This document shows, piece after piece, positions 9,591 to 17,551 of a stretch of DNA of 17,551 nucleotides; position 1 is the stretch's first letter; every line of letters starts with the position of its first letter. Source of the DNA: Octopus sinensis. Its lineage: Eukaryota. Under the pieces are notes generated by a model. It did no database searches, was not told the DNA's origin, and saw nothing but the letters and a program-made list of their open reading frames with translations. The stretch covers positions 1 through 17,551 of the forward strand of contig NW_021824821.1 of the NCBI RefSeq assembly GCF_006345805.1, written 5' to 3'. A program made the translations under genes and the position numbers.

Positions 9591-9744
9591 GAAATGAAAG
9601 AGAACGCGACGAGGCAGCTGCTGATTATTTCAGAAAACGAGTTTCAGGAATGCTTCCATTAATGGAGATAGCACTGGATTAAGTATGTGGCTTCCGAAAG
9701 GGACTACTTTGAAGGAGATTAAATGCCAAATTGATCAGACCTTG
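9591..9744 (+). mobile_element. 3' fragment of a second mariner (transposase C-terminus and right TIR)
   Basis: With one frameshift it reads EMKENATRQLLII/ENEFQECFH*WR*HWIKYVASERDYFEGD*, the typical mariner C-terminus (F..W..RW.KC....G.YFE). It ends AATTGATCAGACCTTG followed by TA. Confidence 0.75.
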
Positions 9745-9797
9745 TATGCGTGTGTGCGTGTGTGTATGCACACATGCACATATATGTGTGTGTTTGT

Positions 9798-9825
9798 ATC
9801 CATCCATCCATCCATCCATCCATCC

Positions 9826-9898
<73 letters not shown>

Positions 9899-9899
9899 A
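9798..9899. repeat. (TCCA)n-(TCTA)n microsatellite
   Basis: Visible directly in the sequence. Confidence 0.95.
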
Positions 9900-10025
9900 T
9901 TTCAGGTTATATTGCGTATAATGATATGATGATATCAGAGTAGGTAAATGCAATCAATGCTCAGGTTCACTTGCTGGCATATATTTTGTTACTATTTAAC
10001 AGATAGAACGGCTACATAGATAGAA

Positions 10026-10272
10026 TAGTGGTTCCTAACAGTGGGTTTTACTGCCTCCTCAGGGACGTTGGAAAGACCCAGAGGGCGTTGAAGAAAAATG
10101 GGTTAAAAAATAATAATGGTTTAATTAGATTAAGTTTTATTTGTAAAATATAATTATTTTGAATTTGCAGCTGAAAGAGATCTATGTTCGTTGTGCTGAG
10201 TGGGGGGTGGGTACTGGGAATGTAGCCTGGGTGTCAAGGGAGTGGTAGCCTAAGAAAGTTTGGGGACCACTG
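10026..10272. mobile_element. hAT-like MITE, about 247 bp, old
   Basis: Imperfect TIRs TAGTGGTTCCTAAC and GTTTGGGGACCACTG. The 8 bp flanks AGATAGAA and ACGTAGAG share 5 of 8 positions (TAGA core). Confidence 0.65.
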
Positions 10273-10372
10273 ACGTAGAGGCTCCCTTGTTGGCTCGTGA
10301 TATCGCCTTCATTGTATAATGGGTGACAGAGAATATAGTTCAAATAATAGACAAATAATAGTTCAAATAATA

Positions 10373-10534
10373 GAAGTTAAAATAATAGATAGAGAACACC
10401 AGTGGAAAATACGAAAACTAAAAGAAGCAGCACATATGCTAGGACACAGCAGCTTCCTAAGTAGACCGAGTGCAGATATGAGCAGCATATGGGAACTGGT
10501 ATTATGGAAGGATAGAAAAATATTAGATTTATAA
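10373..10534 (+). pseudogene. C-terminal fragment of a Penelope-like element ORF (GIY-YIG endonuclease end)
   Basis: EVKIIDREHQWKIRKLKEAAHMLGHSSFLSRPSADMSSIWELVL matches the pattern I recall for PLE C-termini (KI(I/L)D.E..W..R..KE..H...L(N/S)R....S..W). It is 5'-truncated at a 17 bp direct repeat (10335-10351 and 10358-10374) and is followed by a hammerhead-type repeat. No database search was run. Confidence 0.65.
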
Positions 10535-10556
10535 GCCCTAAAATTCACTCCATAAT

Positions 10557-10803
10557 TGCTCACGGGCATGTGGCGTAGTGGTTAAGAGCGCGGGCTATTA
10601 AACCCAAGACTCCGAGTTATTAATAATAACATCGAAAAAGACCTTAGGAATGAGAATCCAGGTTCGAAATTTCCTCAAGACACCCGAAGAAGGCTGGACG
10701 GTAAATCAGCCGAAACTTTGTGTTAACAAGAAACAAGATGAGGACAAATATCCGTTGAATGTAAATAATGTACATAGTTCCTCATCTCTTAAATATAGAA
10801 CTG
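10557..10803 (+). mobile_element. Family C element copy 2 (tRNA head, decayed hammerhead, complete tail); candidate Penelope pseudo-LTR
   Basis: A-box TGGCGTAGTGG, with the B-box partly deleted. The hammerhead core has mutated to CCGAAGA and GAAACTTT, while stem II GGCTG/CAGCC and stem I GACAC/GTGTT are kept. The tail ends CATCTCTTAAATATAGAACTG. Confidence 0.8.
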
Positions 10804-11589
10804 TATAGAATATGGTTCACACAATGTACAAGGTTATAAGCAGCACAAATGAAATTAATTGAACCGTAACGTATTTAGTTTAAATCGGTTATGATCGAGC
10901 TGACCTGTGATTAAAACCCTTCCAACCGTAAACATCCAGTCTGCGTATATCTAGATCTACAATGTTTAGGGAGTTCCTTTCTTATCTTAAACCAATAAGA
11001 TTTAAAGGATATTTGGCTGCTATTTCTGTCAGTCCTGGAGAGAATTTCTCGATGGCCCGGCATATCGCTTGTATTCTGGAAATGAAGTATTATTCTTATA
11101 GTCTACTTCGTTATAGGGAACACAACTGAACCATGAAAATGAATTTATGCTGTGTATTTGGCCATGTAAGAAGTATGTACTACGCGTTACAGTGAATCTG
11201 CTTAATTAAATCAAAGTATGTTAGCACAGAAAGTAATTATAGCTGAAGTATACAGCCAGAACAAATTTTTGCAGATGGAAGAAATAATTAAGTTTACTCA
11301 TTATTCTCCCCTTCTCTGTCTGTCTGTCCGTCCGTCTCTCTCTTTGTCTCGGTCTGTGTATCTCTGTCTGCCCCCATTCTCTCTCTCTCTCTCTATCTTT
11401 CTTCGTGCGCAGCTAATGACCTAATGTCGAAAACATAAGAACTCCAAGAGAAATCTCTTCATATATCTTCCTTACTTTTCTCTTTGCTAAAATATTTTCT
11501 CTTACCATCTCTTTCCCAAAATGTTTTCTCCTGCCATAAGGAAGTAATATAATATAATATAATATAATGAATAAATCTTTAATTGAATG

Positions 11590-11631
11590 GTACTGAAGAG
11601 ATCCGTCCAAATCGAAATAGAAGCTATATAC
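11590..11631 (+). ncRNA. Minimal type I hammerhead ribozyme motif
   Basis: GTA-CTGAAGA-GAT-ccgtccaa-ATC-GAAA-TAG-aag-CTA-T-A-TAC. Stem I is 3 bp, stem II 3 bp and stem III 4 bp with a 3 nt loop. The triplet is AUA and all core nucleotides are canonical. Confidence 0.6.
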
Positions 11632-12035
11632 GAAAACTAAGGTCTCTGTAACTGAATAAGAATATTAAGGACTTTACATTTGAGACAAAGAAAAAAAATG
11701 TAAAAAAAAAATTGAATAAAATAAATGTATAAAGATTATATGTAATACACCATTCTATTAGAGTCAAATTTCTCCCACTACCACAAAAAAAAAAGAAAAA
11801 AATTAATAATATTGACCTCTGTCAAGTCTAATCTCTCCTGCTATAAAATGAACAATCAATGAACCAACAGACTGCAAAGAAGTAATAATTGACAGAGACT
11901 AAAGTATGCATTAACAATGTTTAATTAAAAACTGATTGCTTTAGAACACGACGGCATTATTTCCATTTGAGAAGAAACAAGTCAAAGGTCATCTTGAGGT
12001 TGCTGCATAACACTTGAAGTCATTAATTCACCGTT

Positions 12036-12500
12036 AAAGGCGGGGTGGTGGCAGAAACGTTAGAACGCCGGGCGAAATGCATAGCCGTATTTCGTCTGCC
12101 GTTACGTTCTGAGTTCAAATTCCGCCGAGGTCAACTATGCCTTTCATCCTTTCGGGGTCGATAAGTTAAGTACCAGTTACGCACTGGGGTCGATATAATC
12201 GACTTAATCCGTTTGTCTGTCCTTGTTTGTCCCTTCTGTGTTTAAACCATTGTGGGTAGTAAAGAAATAGGTATTTCGTCTTCCTCTACTTTCTGAGTTC
12301 TAATTCCGCCGAGGTCGACTTTGCCTTTCATCCTTTCGGGGTCGATTAGATAAGTACCAGTTACGCACTGGGGTCGATATAATCGACTTAATCCGTTTGT
12401 CTGACCTTGTTTGTCCTCTCTGTGTTTAGCCCCTTGTAGGTAGTAAAGAAATAGGTATTTCATCCAGTTCTTTACGTTCCGATTTCAAATCCCACAGAGG
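12036..12500 (+). mobile_element. SINE family B head-to-tail array (full unit 12036-12270, head-truncated unit 12271-12454, start of a third unit)
   Basis: Both junctions read AAAGAAATAG|GTATTTC, and the units are near-identical to 1031-1262. Confidence 0.9.
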
Positions 12501-12817
12501 TCGACTTTACCTTTTATTCTTTTAGGGTAGATAAGCTATGTTTAAGTTGAGTACTGAGGTTGAAGCCGTTCCAGCCATGACCGTCCATTTTGTTGTATGT
12601 CAGTGATCATACTACCTGATGTATCCAGCCATTTTTCTTTTTAATATGGTGGAGAAGATTCCGTCCAGGTCGACTTTACCTTTTATTCTTTTGGGGTAAA
12701 TAAGCTATGTACAAGTTGAGCACTGAGGTTGAAGCCGTTCTAGCCACGACCGTCCATTTTGTTGTATGTCAGTGATCATACTACCTGATGTATCCAGCCA
12801 TTTTTCTTTTTAATATG
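12498..12817 (+). repeat. 151 bp tandem duplication of a SINE-derived segment
   Basis: 12498-12648 and 12667-12817 are co-linear with only scattered substitutions. Confidence 0.9.
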
Positions 12818-12825
12818 ATGAAGAT

Positions 12826-12955
12826 TCCGCCGAGGTCGACCTTACCTTCCATCCTTTCGGGGTCGATGAATTAATTACCAGCTGCGTACTGGAGTCGATC
12901 TAATTAACTGGCCCTTTCCTCCAAAATTTCGGGCCTTGTGCCTAGAGTAGAAAAG
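12826..12955 (+). mobile_element. SINE family B, 3' half
   Basis: TCCGCCGAGGTCGACCTTACCTTCCATCCTTTCGGGGTCGAT..AAAATTTCGGGCCTTGTGCCTAGAGTAGAAAAG. Confidence 0.85.
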
Positions 12956-13444
12956 AATATGGTGGAGAAGATTTGATATAGAGAAAGAGAGCGTGGGCGA
13001 GCGAGCAACAGAAGGAGCGAGGGAACGGGGAAGAGTAAAAATCTTGAGAGATGTAGCATATCTGTGTCAGCTGTTATTTCTAGCAAGTCAAATCACTACG
13101 CCGAAAAGTGACTCGCAAACTTTCCTATAGGTCCCAAGGAAATATTTGCTTAATTTTCACATATTCTATTCATATCATATCACATTTGAAGATAATAAAA
13201 TCCAACTTTTAAATAGCCGTTGTCTTAGACTGAACCGCGTACAAATGTTATGAATGCGGATGCCCTAAGCAAAGAACCTTTGGCATTGGGATTAACTCAT
13301 TGGCTTGTCTGTATCTGTGTGGGTGTAACTGAGAAAAAAGAGAGAGAGGGAGAGAGAGAATGTGTGTGTGTGTGTGTGTGTGTTATACACACTCAACGCA
13401 CGCACGCACAAAACTCACACATATAGCATACACACAGAGATATA

Positions 13445-13679
13445 TATATTTTTTTATTACCCACAAGGGGCTAAACATAGAAGGGACAAACAAGGACAGA
13501 CAAACGGATTAAATCAATTACATCAACCCCAGTGCGTAACTGGTACTTAATTTATCGACCCTGAAAGGATGAAAGGTAAAGTCGACCTCGGCGGAATTTG
13601 AACTCAGAACGTAACGGCAGACGAAATACGGCTACGCATTTCGCCCGGCGTGCTAACGTGTCTGCCAGCTCGCCGCCTT
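13445..13679 (-). mobile_element. SINE family B, full-length young copy
   Basis: Near-identical to 1033-1262. Confidence 0.92.
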
Positions 13680-13691
13680 CACACAGATATA

Positions 13692-14087
13692 TCTTTATAT
13701 ATAAAAGTGAATTTGTGTGTCTGTCTCCTACGATTTAGATTCCTAACTACTCCCACATTTTGCGGTGCAGCTAACCAAAACCGGGTATCTTATACTCGTG
13801 ATTCATATCGAGCCCTTCTGGGTATTAGCGCGCGTCTACGATGAGTCTACGATTTAAAAAAGAATTTACCATCATTTTTTCCATTTTAATGCATTTTTTC
13901 GCTATTATATAAGGGAAGTAACTCTCTAAAAATGTCTACGATGAGTCAACGATTAAAAAAAAATGACCATCATGTTTTTATTCCATTTTTAATGCATTTT
14001 TTTGCTATTTTTTTGCTATAACTCTCTAAAAATGCTTATATAGTTATTTCCCTTACAAACCCGAGCAACGCCGGGCGATACTGCTAG
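13692..14087 (+). mobile_element. Non-autonomous Helitron (396 bp) with an internal 100 bp tandem repeat
   Basis: It starts 5'-TC after an A (ATCTTTATATATAAAA) and ends in CTAG before a T. A subterminal hairpin CCCG-AGCAACGC-CGGG lies at 14060-14075, and there is no TSD. Internal repeat units are 13834-13933 and 13934-14033. Confidence 0.85.
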
Positions 14088-14089
14088 TA

Positions 14090-14400
14090 TATATATAGAA
14101 AGAGACAGGAAGACAAAGAGAAAGAGACAGGGAGAAAAAGAAGGAGAGACAAGACAGAGAATGCGTGTTATTCACACACACTACTCATAACACAGACACA
14201 CACACACACACAATACATGCATACACACACCACACACCTGGCGATGGCATGCACAACACACACACGCGTAGAGGAAGACAAAGTGAGAGACAGAGATAGA
14301 GAGAGAGAAGGAGAGGGAAATGAAGTTGTGTGTGTGAGGGAGACAGAAAGAGTGAAGGAGAGAGAGAGGGAGAGAGAGGTAGGGGAAAGAGAAAGACAGC
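14090..14400. repeat. Purine-rich (GA)n/(CA)n low-complexity tract
   Basis: Visible directly in the sequence. Confidence 0.85.
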
Positions 14401-15058
14401 CCAGCTGAGAGGCTAACAACAGAGCATACACAGAAATGATGTTCGACCGATTAACGTACGCAACAGGAACAACAACAAGACAACGGGAAGTTTACTTATT
14501 TGAGCAAGATTCCGCAAGAAGACGAGAGGACGATGTTATACAAGCAACAACGGACAATGCTATATATATAATGGTTAATTATCCTTCCCCGCTTCTAAAC
14601 GATTATAAAGACAGCAGAATAGCAGAATGACACAAAAAACGAAAATAATACAGAAAAAAGAACAACAGCAAATAAATAGCTAAGAAATAATTGTAGTTAT
14701 ATAAAGTCTTAAGCCGTAATATTTGTAAGAACATTTTGTTACAACTGAAGAGATTTCGCCGGAGATGGAATAAAAGGGAGACAATAGAAGAGAGATGCAG
14801 AATTGAATTAGCGAGGATGTAATGACACAACAAACCGGTCGTGAATTAGTAAGACTTAACCGTTATAAAGTGGATTTCTCGCATGAACGGATTCCATGAA
14901 CAATGGCTCACCTGCTACTTGTGAAAAGGTTCTTAATAATAAAAATAGCCTTTTGTTGTTTGTCGCGAAATATCTATAATGTTTTCAAATCAATGGTGGT
15001 AAGAAATGTCATTTGGTTGTTGGGGGATCTTTTGTGCGGATAACTTTATTTTAGATAA

Positions 15059-15095
<37 letters not shown>

Positions 15096-15174
15096 GAGTC
15101 ACACTGACGCTTATACATACACACATACATTCATACATCCAAACACACACACTCTCTCTCTCACATAAACATAC

Positions 15175-15222
<48 letters not shown>

Positions 15223-15295
15223 CAGAAACAGAGGGAGGGAAACAGAGCGAGAGAGAGAGAGAGGAGGAAAGTGAAGAAATATGAAAGAAAGGGAT

Positions 15296-15327
<32 letters not shown>

Positions 15328-15420
15328 GTGAAATGGAAAGAGGGGAAGAATGAAGAGAAAGGGGAAAAAGTAAGGGATGATAAAAATAGATAGGGGAGAC
15401 GAAGTTTACCCCCTCTACAC
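15059..15420. repeat. Compound (CA)n, (TA)n, (GA)n microsatellite and purine tract
   Basis: Visible directly in the sequence. Confidence 0.9.
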
Positions 15421-15451
15421 GCGCACACACACATATGCATAAGTGTGTGTG

Positions 15452-16449
15452 TATACATACATACATACATACATACATACATACATACATACATACATGC
15501 ATACATACATATCATACATACATACATACATACATACATACCTACATAACATACATACATACATACATACATACATACATACATACATGCATACATGCAT
15601 ACATACACACACACATGCATACATGCATCATTACATACACACATAATACATACATACATACATACCTACATACAATACATACATACATACATACATACAT
15701 ACCTACATACATACATACATACATACATACATACATGCATACATACATACAACATACATACATACATACATGCATACATACATACATACTACAACATGCA
15801 TACATACATACATACATAAATACACACATACATACATACATACATACATACATACATGCACACATACATACATACATACATACATACATACATACATGCA
15901 TACATACATGCATACATACACACATACATACATACATACATACATACATACACACACACATACATACATACATACATACATACATACATACATACATACA
16001 TGCATACATACACACATACATACATAAATACATACATACATACATACATACATACATACATACATGCATACATACGTACATACATACATACATACATACA
16101 TACATACATACGTACGTACATACGTACATACATACGTACATACATACATACATACGTACATACATACATACATGCATACATACATACATACATACATACA
16201 TGCATACATACATACATACATACATACATACATACATACATACATACATGCATACATACATACATACATACATACATACATACATACATACATACATGCA
16301 TACATACGTACATACATACATACATACATACATACGTACATACATAATACATACATACATACATACATACGTACATACATACATACATGCATACATACAT
16401 ACATACATACACACATACGGCAGGCAAAGCATCTCTGAAATTTATTTCA

Positions 16450-16482
<33 letters not shown>
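15452..16482. repeat. (TACA)n array of about 1 kb with TGCA/CGTA variants, ending in (CA)n
   Basis: Visible directly. It is the source of the 354 aa HTYI pseudo-ORF. Confidence 0.97.
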
Positions 16483-16486
<4 letters not shown>

Positions 16487-16519
16487 TAAAGAGTGGTGAA
16501 AAGTACCTGGTGTTAAGAC

Positions 16520-16701
16520 TAATGTGAAAGGACTGGTTGGAGTCTCTCCCGAGTTTTTTTTTTACCGGGTTTAGAAAAACATGAAAGACCGCTGCAATAA
16601 GCGTGTGAATCTGGGAGGAAAATACGTTGAACAGAATTAGAATTAACTTATTCTCCCGTATCTTCTTTTACTCTTAGCTGGAAACTTTTAAGCACCGCTT
16701 G
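16520..16701 (+). mobile_element. 3' fragment of a third mariner (transposase C-terminus and right TIR)
   Basis: DWLESL..FF..G followed by KDRCNKRVNLGGKYVEQN* (16584-16640) resembles the Mos1-type C-terminus (RW.KCV...G.YVE). It ends GAAACTTTTAAGCACCGCTTG followed by TA. Confidence 0.7.
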
Positions 16702-16902
16702 TATGTATGTATGTATGTATGTATGTATGTATGTATGTATGTATGTGTATCTATCTATCTGTCTGTCTGTCTATCTTTCTCTCCCTTCTTTTCTCTCTCG
16801 ATCTACTCTACTGAGTTTAGGAAATAGTCTTAGTTTGTCACGAGTGGAAATCTGCCACGATATTTACATATATACTTGCGTCTATATATATATATATATA
16901 TA

Positions 16903-17551
16903 TACATTATATAAAAGGGCTTAGTAAAATAAATTACTTTGCCACATACTGAACTCATTAGAAATAGCAGCTAAAAAAATTTTTTTTAACTATTTCTAAT
17001 ACTTAAAGAAAATCTCTCTCATATAGTGTTTGCTCAAGTCAACACACGAAGGTATGGGGTAGAAACATTAAAAAATCACAAATGTAAAGGTTATTTGAGA
17101 ACGTACGTTTCTAGATTAGTCAAATCGACATTTCTTTCGTCAGCTCAGAACTCCTTGATTCGGATTTGGGAACACTGAAAGTGGGAGCATACCCTTTTGG
17201 CTTCTTATCACTTCTGAAGATCTGCTCGAACTGTCAGTGCTAGCAAATTCAAAATATGCAAGCGAAGAATTTCTGCTCTCCCCTTTCCACCAGCGTGGGT
17301 TAAAATTGGTAAACACTATGTTTTATCGGTAAAAACCGAAGCATTAAATAGAGAGAAATGAATTATAATTTCAACCATTGAGGGTAAAATTAATTAATTA
17401 TTAATCAATTTCACCAAGTATTCAGTATGTAAAGGGACCATTTAAGGCGAATTCAACTTATTACATTATATAAAAGGGCTTTATTTAATGCTTCGGTTTT
17501 TACCGATAAAACATAGTGTTTACCAATTTTAATCCACGCTGGTGGAAAGGG
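16903..17551 (-). mobile_element. Penelope-like pseudo-LTR-type element with a hammerhead, 20 bp direct repeat and at least 70 bp of inversion
   Basis: TACATTATATAAAAGGGCTT occurs at 16903-16922 and 17462-17481. 17281-17350 is the reverse complement of 17482-17551 (69/70 match), running to the window edge. A hammerhead lies at 17096-17147. Confidence 0.7.
17096..17147 (-). ncRNA. Type I hammerhead ribozyme motif
   Basis: The minus strand reads TGAG-CTGACGA-AAGAAATGTCGATTTGACTAATCTA-GAAAC-GTAC-GTT-CTCA. Stem I is 4 bp. Stem II is AGA/TCT plus GTC/GAC, with an A.A mismatch next to the core. Stem III is the palindrome AACGTACGTT, and the triplet is GUU. Confidence 0.7.

Noticed and set aside
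4108-10272. Pairing the hAT-like left end at 4108 with the right end at 10272 as one large element
   Set aside because: The 8 bp flanks differ (ATCTAGAT and ACGTAGAG), and the 10272 end already has a nearer partner at 10026.
14744-14790. CTGAAGA motif in the unique region
   Set aside because: No stem II closed by GAAA follows it, so it is a chance 7-mer.
15435-16499. 354 aa ORF and many overlapping HTYI/MYVC ORFs (also at 3277-4101 and 7721-8303)
   Set aside because: These are stop-free translations of (TACA)n arrays, open in several frames on both strands, with no coding signal.
17213-17260. CTGAAGA followed by a TGCT/AGCA stem on the plus strand
   Set aside because: There is no GAAA at the required position (it reads TTCAAAAT) and stem III is absent.

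Overview
This is eukaryotic, AT-rich, non-coding DNA made almost entirely of microsatellites and mobile-element remnants. The SINE families resemble ones I recall from Octopus genomes, which is an inference. I recognise no intact host protein-coding gene, and nearly all long ORFs in the track are translations of (TACA)n, (TA)n or (TG)n arrays. Supported content: (i) two abundant tRNA-derived SINE families, about 5 and more than 10 copies; (ii) a decayed but end-to-end 1.3 kb Tc1/mariner element (8254-9567) and two more mariner 3' fragments; (iii) a non-autonomous Helitron (13692-14087); (iv) hAT-like MITE ends; (v) several Penelope-like retroelement (PLE) pieces. The main discovery is four unrelated minimal type I hammerhead ribozyme motifs (2561-2606 +, 4721-4767 -, 11590-11631 +, 17096-17147 -) plus one decayed copy. 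Three have palindromic stem III and lie in elements with inverted terminal duplications. One family couples a tRNA-derived Pol III head to the hammerhead, and its second copy sits about 22 nt after the stop codon of a Penelope-type GIY-YIG C-terminal fragment. This suggests a Penelope pseudo-LTR with a tRNA promoter that also moves as a SINE-like unit.
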